NCBI GenBank assembly: GCA_038231275.1
Contig: JBBRLQ010000004.1
Span: 96,001-160,000, forward strand
Source: Polyangiales bacterium
Lineage (GTDB): Bacteria > Myxococcota_A > Polyangia > Polyangiales > Polyangiaceae
Direction of reading: 5' to 3'
DNA length: 64,000 nucleotides
The position numbers and the translations under genes are program-made. Of this stretch, positions 10,447 to 18,525 are shown in pieces (position 1 is the first letter of the stretch; the number at the start of each line of letters is the position of its first letter). The notes beneath the pieces are model-generated. The model was given only the letters and a program-made list of their open reading frames with translations. It made no database searches and had not been told where the DNA came from.

Positions 10447-11148
10447 ATGCGTGGCGCGCGTTCAGGGATCGTGACCGCAGCGCTTTCGATCTTTATTCTC
10501 CCGGCCGTGGCCGAGCGCGACGATGCGACGAAGCGCGCGCGAGACCAGGAGCGGGCGCGCGAAGAGACGCGCGACGAGGAGCGTGGCCTCGTGTCACGCG
10601 CGCAGGCCGGCGACAAGCAGGCGATGGGCGAGCTCTTCCAGCGGTTCGGCCCCGGGCTCTACCGTAGCGTGCTCCTGCCGCGCCTCGGCTCGGAGGCGGC
10701 GGCGAAGGACGCGCTCGGCGAGACGTACGCCAAGGTCATCACCCGCATCCACCAGTTCACCTGGCAGAACGTCGGGTTCTATCCTTGGCTGCGCACCGTC
10801 GCGCTCCGCGTCGCGCTCGATCAGCTCCGCGCGCGCAAGAGGCTCGTGGTGTGGGAGGAGGATGACGTCGCGCGCGAGCTCGACGCCGCCGCCACGACGA
10901 CGCCGATCGATCAACAGGTCTCCGATCGGCGTGACCGTGACGCCGTCCGCGCGAAGCTGACCCGCGCGCTCGAGCAAATTCATCCGCGCTATGCGCGAGC
11001 GGTCCGACTTCGCGTCCTCGAGGAGCGCCCGCGCGAGGAGGTCGCCCAGATGCTCGAGGTGACGCCTGCGACGTTCGACGTGCTACTTCATCGAGCGATC
11101 GGCGCACTCAAGAAGAAGATGTCCGAAGACGCCGAGGTTGAGTCATGA
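10447..11148 (+). CDS. ECF-type RNA polymerase sigma factor
   Basis: LVSRAQAGDKQAMGELF, AKDALGETY, FYPWLRTVA (region 2); EEVAQMLEVTPATFDVLLHRA (region 4). Start uncertain (ATG 10447 or GTG 10471). Confidence 0.88.
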   Translation: MRGARSGIVTAALSIFILPAVAERDDATKRARDQERAREETRDEERGLVSRAQAGDKQAMGELFQRFGPGLYRSVLLPRLGSEAAAKDALGETYAKVITRIHQFTWQNVGFYPWLRTVALRVALDQLRARKRLVVWEEDDVARELDAAATTTPIDQQVSDRRDRDAVRAKLTRALEQIHPRYARAVRLRVLEERPREEVAQMLEVTPATFDVLLHRAIGALKKKMSEDAEVES

Positions 11149-11681
11149 GCGACAAGCCGAAACCCTTGCCTGAGCCCGCGTGGCTTGACGACCCTGACGC
11201 GCCGCCGTCGGAGGAGGAGAAGATCGCGTCGGCGCGACTGCGCGACGCGCTGGGCGATCCGAAGATCCCGAACGCGGACGCGGAGCTCGCGCGCGCGCTG
11301 TCGCTCGCCGACGAGCCGCGTCCTCTCGCGGAGGAGGAGCACCGCGCGATCGTGGAGCGGAGCCTCGCGACCGCGAAGCCGCGCGGGCAGGTGATCCGGG
11401 TGGCCTTCGGCGTCGCCACGGCCGTTGCCCTCGCGGCGGCCGCCGTCCTCGTACTCGGGAGGCTCGACATGGCAGAGGCGCCGCGTGCGGCCGACATGCG
11501 GGCGGCTGGGCCGGTCCGGATCGCGTCGCTTGCGCCTGTCCGCTCGACGCAGGAGCTCTTCGACGAGCCGTTCGCCAAACCGCTCTCGCGCGGCGCCGCG
11601 AGCGCGCGGATCGATCGGATCGCGATGGCGCGCGCCGGCGATTTGCGCGAAAACCGCTTCGCGATGTGGGGCGTCCGATGA
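11145..11681 (+). CDS. Putative single-pass anti-sigma factor
   Basis: ATGA-coupled to the ECF gene; cytoplasmic N-terminus, one TM (VAFGVATAVALAAAAVLVLG), short C-terminus. Confidence 0.6.
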   Translation: MSDKPKPLPEPAWLDDPDAPPSEEEKIASARLRDALGDPKIPNADAELARALSLADEPRPLAEEEHRAIVERSLATAKPRGQVIRVAFGVATAVALAAAAVLVLGRLDMAEAPRAADMRAAGPVRIASLAPVRSTQELFDEPFAKPLSRGAASARIDRIAMARAGDLRENRFAMWGVR

Positions 11682-12289
11682 ACCTGTTCGACCGGCCCGG
11701 AACCGCCGTGTGGAGCACGATCCTCGCGCTCGCCCTCGCGATCGGCGCGGGGTGCGCGAAGAAGGACGCGGCGCCCGGGAGCGCACCGTCGCCCGCCGCC
11801 GCGGTGCTCGACGCCAGCGGAACCGTCGATCTCGAGGTCATGGCGTTCCTCTCCGAGGCCCGCGCGCTGCACCACGAGGCGAACATCCGCGAAGACGAAG
11901 GAGACCTCCCGAGCGCCATCACCGTGATGCGACGCCTCGTCGGCGCGACCCGGCCCCACGCCGGCGAAAGCGTGCCCGAGGTCCTCGAGGTGCTCGCCGA
12001 CGCGTGGGCCCGCATCGCCGAGCTCGAATTGAAGCGCCGCGATCTGGACGAGGCCGCTAAGGCCGTGAAGGAAGGCCTCGCCCATGCGCCCGACGCCACG
12101 TACTTCCGCGGGCACCTTCTCGAGGTCGAGGGCGTCATCGAAGAGGCGCGCGCCGCCGATTTTTCGGACGCGGGCAAGAAGGACGACGCGCAGCGCGCGC
12201 GGGCGCGGGCGATCGCGCTCTTGCAGGAGGCGGTGAAGGTGCAAGAGCAGGTGATCGGTCGCGCGCTCGGCGATGGGGGGAAACGATGA
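11678..12289 (+). CDS. TPR-like helical lipoprotein
   Basis: Lipobox GAGC; TPR-like helices (LADAWARIAELEL...AAKAVKEGL); ATGA overlap. Confidence 0.7.
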   Translation: MNLFDRPGTAVWSTILALALAIGAGCAKKDAAPGSAPSPAAAVLDASGTVDLEVMAFLSEARALHHEANIREDEGDLPSAITVMRRLVGATRPHAGESVPEVLEVLADAWARIAELELKRRDLDEAAKAVKEGLAHAPDATYFRGHLLEVEGVIEEARAADFSDAGKKDDAQRARARAIALLQEAVKVQEQVIGRALGDGGKR

Positions 12290-12747
12290 AGCTCGATCGA
12301 TGCGTCTGCGCGGTGGGGCTCGTCGCGATCGTGACCGCGGCGTGCGGCGGGGCGGCAAAGAGCGCGTCGGAGCCCGCGAGCCCTGCGACGAGCGCGCCCC
12401 CGGGATACGCGCCGCTACCCGCCCCCGGCGGCGCTGCAGGCACCGGGACGGGGGCCGCGCCTTCGCGCGAGGCAACTCTGTCCGTCGCGCGCGGCGATCT
12501 CGAGTCCGCGCAGCGCGAGCTGGACGTCGCCGCGGGTGACTGCATGGCCGCGTGCCGCGCGCTCGGCGCGATGGATCGTGCGACGGGACACCTCTGCGGG
12601 TTGGTCCAAGAGAGCGACGAGCGAACGCGCTGCGAGGAGGCCAAGAACAGAGTCCGTGGCGCGCGCGACAAGGTGCGCACGACGTGCGGCACGTGCCCCG
12701 GCGGCGTGAGCGTCGATCGCAACGCGCCGGTGCCGACCGAACGATGA
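12286..12747 (+). CDS. Small Cys-containing helical lipoprotein
   Basis: Lipobox TAAC; CMAACRAL...LC...RC...CGTC; ATGA overlap. Confidence 0.7.
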   Translation: MKLDRCVCAVGLVAIVTAACGGAAKSASEPASPATSAPPGYAPLPAPGGAAGTGTGAAPSREATLSVARGDLESAQRELDVAAGDCMAACRALGAMDRATGHLCGLVQESDERTRCEEAKNRVRGARDKVRTTCGTCPGGVSVDRNAPVPTER

Positions 12748-13715
12748 CCGCGGGCGCGATCGATCTCCGCGAGCGCGGCGGGGCGTGGGGCCGAGCGCAG
12801 GCGCTCAAGAACGACGTGATCTACGGCGTCGTGTGCGTCGCGCTCGCGGTCTGTCGTCCGCTGCCCGCGCGCGCGCTGCGCGTCCTCGGGCGAACGATCG
12901 GCCGCGTCGCGCACGTGATTTTCCGGCGCGCGCGGCGGATCGCGCGCGAGAACGTCGCCCTCGCCTTCCCCGCGCTGAATGACGAGGAGCAGGGCGCGCT
13001 CGTTCGACGCTCGTTCCTCGCGCTCGGCGAGCACCTCGGTGCCGCAATCGCCTCGCTCCGGCCTGACGCGACGCTCGTGCCCCTCGATCTCGGGGACGCC
13101 GATCTCGCGGTCATCGAGGAGGCCCTCGCCGGCGGTCGCGGGGTGGTCTTCGCGTCGGCGCACCTCGGCGCGTGGGAGCGTCTCGGCGCCACCCTCGTCG
13201 CCGCCGGAGTGCCGCTCACGACGATCGCCCGCGAGGCCTACGACCCGCGCCTCGACGCGATTTACGATCGCCTCCGCGGAGGACGCGGCGTGCGCGCGAT
13301 CTACCGCGGGCGTCCCGGCGCAGGCGCGCGGATGGTCCGCGTGCTTCGCGACGGCGGCGTGCTCGGCGTCCTCATGGACCTCCGCTCACGCGTCCCGTCG
13401 ATCGACGTTCCGTTTCTCGGTCACGACGCGCCCACCGCGATCGGCCCCGCGCGCTTGGCGCTCCGCACCGGCGCCGCCGTGATCGTGGGCGCGTGCGCTC
13501 CGGGGGGCCGGACCCGGATCGAGCGCGTGTGCACCGCCGACCTCGCGACCCTGCCCGACCCCTCCGCCCGCGCGCGCGCCTTGACCGCCCGCATCAACGA
13601 AGCGCTTTCGCGATTCATCCTCGACATGCCGGAGGGCTGGGTCTGGATGCACGAACGGTACGCGCGAAGCTCACGTCTCGGTCAAGCGGCAAAGGCGAAC
13701 CGCTCGATTTCGTGA
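12744..13715 (+). CDS. Lipid A-type (LpxL/HtrB family) acyltransferase
   Basis: ARENVALAFP, SAHLGAWE (HxxxxE), LGVLMD, VPFLG, PEGWVWMHER; ATGA overlap. Confidence 0.88.
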   Translation: MTAGAIDLRERGGAWGRAQALKNDVIYGVVCVALAVCRPLPARALRVLGRTIGRVAHVIFRRARRIARENVALAFPALNDEEQGALVRRSFLALGEHLGAAIASLRPDATLVPLDLGDADLAVIEEALAGGRGVVFASAHLGAWERLGATLVAAGVPLTTIAREAYDPRLDAIYDRLRGGRGVRAIYRGRPGAGARMVRVLRDGGVLGVLMDLRSRVPSIDVPFLGHDAPTAIGPARLALRTGAAVIVGACAPGGRTRIERVCTADLATLPDPSARARALTARINEALSRFILDMPEGWVWMHERYARSSRLGQAAKANRSIS

Positions 13716-13748
13716 ACGGATCGGCTGGGGACGACATACACTGAACAC

Positions 13749-15308
13749 GTGGCTCAAGGCGCACGGGTCCCCAAAATGGCGGCCAGCGTCGGCGACCTGC
13801 GCTCGCTCCCGCTGGCTCCCGTCGACGGCTTCATCCTCACCCGGGTGAACGGCGTGTCGTCCGTCCGCGAGATCTCGTCGCAGACCGGGGTGTCGGAGGA
13901 CGATGTCGCCGGTTCGCTCATCAAGCTCGCGGGGTTCGGCGTCGTCGAGTTCGTGGGGGAAGGCCGGTTCGCTCCGGCTCCCTTGCCGCCGCCCGAGGAG
14001 GCCATCTACGGCGCGAGCAGGCCCCCACCGCTTTTGACGGAGGTGATGGCGGCGGCCTCCGCGATCTACGACCCCGCGGAGCTCGACGAAGAGTGCGATC
14101 TCGAGCCCGACGAGCGCCGGCGGATCCTCGAGCTCTTTTACCGCCTCGACGACGTGAACTACTACCAGCTGCTCGGCGTCGCCCGGAGCGCGGACCGCAA
14201 GACGATCAAGCGCTCGTACTTCGAGCTCGCTGCGCACTTCCACCCCGACAAGCACTTCCGGAAGAAGCTCGGCGCGTTCAAGCAGAAGATGGAGATCATC
14301 TTCGGCCGGGTGACCGAGGCGCACGACACGCTCACGTCGAAGGAGAAGCGCCCCGAGTACGACCAGTACCTCGAGGTCCAGGAGCAGGCGCGGGGCATCG
14401 AGGCGATGATGGCGAACGCCCAGGCCGACGCCGCGCGCGCGCGCGACGAGCTTCGCCGGGAGATCCCGAGCTCGCCACCTCCCGGGCGTCACACGCCGTC
14501 GATTGCGTACGATCCGAGGCGCGAGGAAGAGGCCGCCCGCGCTGCGCCGGCGCCCCAGGCCTACCAGCCCCCGCCCATGCGCCCGCCGACCGCGTCGCAG
14601 CCGCTCGCGACACCGGCGGCCACCCCCGTCGATCCGCGCCAGGCACGCGAAGCGCTCGCGCGACGACTCCGCGGCGCCACTGCCAAGCCGCCACCGAGGC
14701 CACCGATGTCGAGCGCGCCGTCCGTCGCGACGCAGGACGCGATGGACGCGCTGAAGCGCCGCTACGACGACCGCCGCGCCGACGCCGCCAAGCTCCAGGC
14801 GCAGAAGTACAAGGAGGCCGGCGACGCCGCCCGCGCCAGCAAGGACATGGTGAGCGCCGCCAACGCCTACCGCGTCGCCGTCAGCTTCGACGGAGAGGAT
14901 CCCGAGCTCCAGCGCCTCTTCAAGATGACGCAGGAGGCGGCCGACATGGCCCTCGCCGACTTCTACATGAAGCAGGCGACCTACGAGGAGCGCAACGATC
15001 GGTGGCCAGAGGCCGCGCGCTCGTGGGCGCGCGTCGCCAAGACGAAGGCCGACAACGCCGCGGTCCACGACAAGCTCGCCAACGCCATCCTCAAGTCCAA
15101 CGGCAACCTCCACGAGGCTGCCGCCGCCGCAAAGCACGCCATCGAGTACGGCTCGGCGATCGTCTCCTACCGCCTCACCCTCGTGAACATCTACGTCGCC
15201 GCCGGCCTCATCATCGCCGCAAAACGCGAGCTGGAAGAGGCGGTCCGGATGGAGCCCAACAATCGGGCAGTGGCCGCGCTGGTAAAACAACTCGAAAATA
15301 CAGGGTGA
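13749..15308 (+). CDS. J-domain co-chaperone: N-terminal wHTH-like domain, J domain, Pro-rich linker, TPRs
   Basis: YYQLLGV...IKRSYFELAAHFHPD...EAHDTL with an intact HPD; C-terminal TPR-like helices. Confidence 0.9.
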   Translation: MAQGARVPKMAASVGDLRSLPLAPVDGFILTRVNGVSSVREISSQTGVSEDDVAGSLIKLAGFGVVEFVGEGRFAPAPLPPPEEAIYGASRPPPLLTEVMAAASAIYDPAELDEECDLEPDERRRILELFYRLDDVNYYQLLGVARSADRKTIKRSYFELAAHFHPDKHFRKKLGAFKQKMEIIFGRVTEAHDTLTSKEKRPEYDQYLEVQEQARGIEAMMANAQADAARARDELRREIPSSPPPGRHTPSIAYDPRREEEAARAAPAPQAYQPPPMRPPTASQPLATPAATPVDPRQAREALARRLRGATAKPPPRPPMSSAPSVATQDAMDALKRRYDDRRADAAKLQAQKYKEAGDAARASKDMVSAANAYRVAVSFDGEDPELQRLFKMTQEAADMALADFYMKQATYEERNDRWPEAARSWARVAKTKADNAAVHDKLANAILKSNGNLHEAAAAAKHAIEYGSAIVSYRLTLVNIYVAAGLIIAAKRELEEAVRMEPNNRAVAALVKQLENTG

Positions 15309-15344
15309 GATACCCTGAGACAACGTCGCCAGACACAAGCGATT

Positions 15345-15373
15345 TTTCCAAAACGCCGTCGTCCCTCTAGAAT
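15345..15373 (+). promoter_or_regulatory. Candidate sigma70-type promoter for the dnaK paralogue
   Basis: TTTCCA-N17-TAGAAT in the J/dnaK intergenic region. Confidence 0.4.
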
Positions 15374-15454
15374 CAACGGGTCACGGCCAATCCATTCTTG
15401 GCGTGGACGCTCCGCACGCGCGCGGACGACCACCGAGTACGACGGGAGACGACC

Positions 15455-17278
15455 TTGGAGAAGGTGATCGGAATCGACCTGGGAACGACGAACTCGTGCG
15501 TCGCCATCGTGGAGAACGGGACGCCGAGCGTGATTCCCAATCGGGGGGGATACAAGACGACACCGTCGATGGTGGCTGTCACCGAGGCCGGCAAGCGCCT
15601 CGTGGGGCACATCGCCAAGCGTCAGGCGATCACCAACGCCGAGAACACCGTCTATGCGGCCAAGCGCCTCATCGGACGAAAGTGGAACTCGCCGCAGGTG
15701 AAGAACGCCGTGGCGACGTCGAGCTACCGCATCGTGGAGGGCCCGCACCACGACGTGCGCATCGTGCTCCGGGACAAGGAGTACTCGGTCCCCGAGATCA
15801 GCGCGATGGTGCTCCAGGAGATGAAGATCATCGCCGAGGACTACCTGGGCGAGACGGTCAGCAAGGCGGTCGTCACCGTCCCCGCGTACTTCAACGACAA
15901 CCAGCGCCAGGCGACGAAGGACGCGGGCGAGATCGCCGGGCTCGACGTCATCCGCATCATCAACGAGCCGACGGCGGCGGCGCTCTCCTACGGCTTCGGC
16001 CGCAACATGGAGAAGGTCGTCGCTGTGTACGACTTCGGCGGCGGCACGTTCGACATCTCGATCCTCGAGATCGGCGCGCACGGCGTCTTCAAGGTCATCG
16101 CGACGGCCGGCGACACGTTCCTCGGCGGCGAGGACGTCGACGCGCGCATCATCGACTGGCTCGTGCAGGGCTTCAAAGAGGAGCACAACCTCGATCTGCG
16201 CCAGGACCGAATGGCGCTGCAGCGGCTGAAGGACGCCGCCGAGAAGGCCAAGTGCGAGCTCTCGAGCGTGAAGGAGACGGAGGTGAACCTCCCCTTCATC
16301 ATCTCGAGTGGCCGCAACGAGGCGCTCCACCTCCAGAAGACCCTCACGCGCGTCACGCTCGAGGAGCTGAGCGACGACCTCATCGAGCGCACGGTCGACA
16401 TCTGCCGCCAGACGCTCGAGGACGCCAAGCTCGAGAAGGACGAGATCGAAGAGGTCGTGCTCGTCGGTGGCATGACGCGCATGCCCAAGATCCAGTCCGC
16501 GGTGGCGACGTTCTTCGAGCGCGAGCCGTGCAAGGGCGTGCACCCCGACGAGGTCGTCGCCCTCGGCGCCGCGATCCAGGGCGCCGCGCTCATGGACGAC
16601 AAGCAGGAGATGGTCCTCCTCGACGTCACGCCGCACGCGCTCGGCATCATGACGTTCGGCAGCATCTTCGAGGAGCTCATCCCGCAGAACACAACAGTCC
16701 CCACGCACCGCACGAAGATCTTCACCACCAGCCGTGACAACCAGACGGCCGTAAAGATCCTCGTCATGCAGGGCGAGAGCACGAACGCCGAGGAGAACGA
16801 GCTGCTCGGCGAGTTCATCCTCACCGGCCTAAGGCGCGCGCCCAAGGGCACGGTCGAGATCGAGGTGACCTTCGAGATCAACGCGGACGGCATCGTCAGC
16901 GTGCGCGCGAAGGATCTCGAGACCGGCCTCGAGCAGTCGATCCAGGTCACCGCGACCAGTGGCCTGACGCGCGAAGAGATCAAGGGGATGATCGACAACG
17001 CGAAGGACGACGTCGTCGATCGCCGCTCGAGCGAGGAGTTCGAGGCCGCCAAGCAAGAGGCCGAGAAGATCGTCGGCGAGATCGAGAAGCTCTTCCCGCA
17101 GGTGGAGCAGATCGTCGCGTCGAGCGACTTCGGTCGCGACGCGATCGAGAAGGCGCGCGCCATCGTGGAGCGCGCACGGCAGGCCATCATCAAGAAGGAC
17201 GTGGCGGCCATCAAGGAGCAGATCGACGGTCTCACCCGAACCCATCGGATGTTCAAGGGGGTCGTCGCGAAGACGTAA
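15455..17278 (+). CDS. dnaK: Hsp70/DnaK family chaperone (paralogue with a shortened C-terminus)
   Basis: GIDLGTTNS, TVPAYFND, INEPTAAAL, DFGGGTFDIS, LLDVTP linker, DNQTAV. TTG start preceded by GGGAG. Confidence 0.95.
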   Translation: MEKVIGIDLGTTNSCVAIVENGTPSVIPNRGGYKTTPSMVAVTEAGKRLVGHIAKRQAITNAENTVYAAKRLIGRKWNSPQVKNAVATSSYRIVEGPHHDVRIVLRDKEYSVPEISAMVLQEMKIIAEDYLGETVSKAVVTVPAYFNDNQRQATKDAGEIAGLDVIRIINEPTAAALSYGFGRNMEKVVAVYDFGGGTFDISILEIGAHGVFKVIATAGDTFLGGEDVDARIIDWLVQGFKEEHNLDLRQDRMALQRLKDAAEKAKCELSSVKETEVNLPFIISSGRNEALHLQKTLTRVTLEELSDDLIERTVDICRQTLEDAKLEKDEIEEVVLVGGMTRMPKIQSAVATFFEREPCKGVHPDEVVALGAAIQGAALMDDKQEMVLLDVTPHALGIMTFGSIFEELIPQNTTVPTHRTKIFTTSRDNQTAVKILVMQGESTNAEENELLGEFILTGLRRAPKGTVEIEVTFEINADGIVSVRAKDLETGLEQSIQVTATSGLTREEIKGMIDNAKDDVVDRRSSEEFEAAKQEAEKIVGEIEKLFPQVEQIVASSDFGRDAIEKARAIVERARQAIIKKDVAAIKEQIDGLTRTHRMFKGVVAKT

Positions 17279-17287
17279 CGCAGCGCC

Positions 17288-18376
17288 GTGGGACACGAAC
17301 CGAAAGACGGAGAGCCGAAGTCGTCGGAAGAGGAGCCCGACGAGCGGCCGACCGTCGTCCCGAAGTTCGACCCTGCGGAGCTCGCGCGTGAGACGGCGTC
17401 GAGCTCGCAGAGCCCGTCGAACCCGACCGTCCCGGTGAAGCACGGCGACCTCCCGCGCGATTTGCATGGTGAACGCACGCTGGTGCGGAGCGCGGCGCCC
17501 GACAGCGCGGCGCCGGAGACGACGCAGATGCCCGAGTCGATGCGCTCGAGCCTGCTCTCGATGGCGGACTCGCGTGTCCCGTCGGTGAAGCCGCAGCGGC
17601 TGCCGTCGGTCGGCGGGCTCGCGGTCTCGTCGCTCGACCGCGGGTGGGAGGAGCTGACGCTCGACGAGCCGATCTCGAACCAGCCGAACACCAAGCCATC
17701 GCCGAGCGACGGGCCGTTTCGGCGCGAGACGAGCCGCCTCCGCGCGCCCGCGGGGCAGCAGGTGGTGGCCGAGGACGAAGAGGCAGAGAAGCCGACACGC
17801 GAGCACCCGGTGCTGCCCGACGGAGCCACGCCGTCGGCGCGCGGAATCGCCCGGGAGGACGACGGCGCGCAGCGGCACGAGACGCCCGAGCACACGGTCT
17901 TCGCGCCGGCGCGCGCTGCGGCGGCACTCACGGCGCCGTCCAACCGGCCGAAGCCGATGAGCGATCCGCCGGCGAGCTTGGAGGCGGCGACGGCACTGAC
18001 GCCGGAGGAGACGATCCGCGAAATGCGCGATCGCTTCTCGCTCGGTGACTACACGGGCGCGCTGGTGCTCGCCGACGGCCTGCTCGAGGACGATCCCAAC
18101 AACCCCGAGGTGAAGGAGTGCGCGGAAAACTGCCGGCAGGTGCTGCGGCAGATGTACACCGCGCGCATCGGTCCGCTCGATCGCGTGCCGATGGTGACCG
18201 TCGCGCGCGACCAGCTGCGCTGGCTCTCGATCGACCACCGCGCGGGCTTCGTGCTCTCGCACATCGACGGCATCTCGAGCCTAGAGATGATCCTCGACGT
18301 CAGCGGCATGCCCCTCCTGGACGCCCTCCGCATCCTCTGTGAGCTGGCACAGCAAAGAATCATCTCGTTTCGCTGA
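17288..18376 (+). CDS. Hypothetical protein: long disordered N-terminus, TPR-like hairpin, C-terminal wHTH-like domain
   Basis: Pro/Ser/Glu-rich first ~230 aa; ordered C-terminus GFVLSHIDGISSLEMILDVSGM; 9 bp after dnaK. Confidence 0.8.
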   Translation: MGHEPKDGEPKSSEEEPDERPTVVPKFDPAELARETASSSQSPSNPTVPVKHGDLPRDLHGERTLVRSAAPDSAAPETTQMPESMRSSLLSMADSRVPSVKPQRLPSVGGLAVSSLDRGWEELTLDEPISNQPNTKPSPSDGPFRRETSRLRAPAGQQVVAEDEEAEKPTREHPVLPDGATPSARGIAREDDGAQRHETPEHTVFAPARAAAALTAPSNRPKPMSDPPASLEAATALTPEETIREMRDRFSLGDYTGALVLADGLLEDDPNNPEVKECAENCRQVLRQMYTARIGPLDRVPMVTVARDQLRWLSIDHRAGFVLSHIDGISSLEMILDVSGMPLLDALRILCELAQQRIISFR

Positions 18377-18525
18377 TCCCGCGATGCGGCGCATCGTGAG
18401 GATTCTCTCACCGCGCGGTCCACGCTCGTCGTGGACGGCGCGGTAGCATCGCGCTCGTCCCACGCAAGCTGAATTTCCCTGCGATTCGATTTCGACGCGT
18501 CCGGCTGGAATGCGCGTTGCACCGC

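Noticed and set aside
15309-15454. CIRCE element upstream of dnaK
   Set aside because: No TTAGCACTC-N9-GAGTGCTAA is present
15988-17943. 651-aa antisense ORF opposite dnaK
   Set aside because: Long antisense frames opposite Hsp70 and other biased high-GC genes are a known artefact; it has no recognisable motifs
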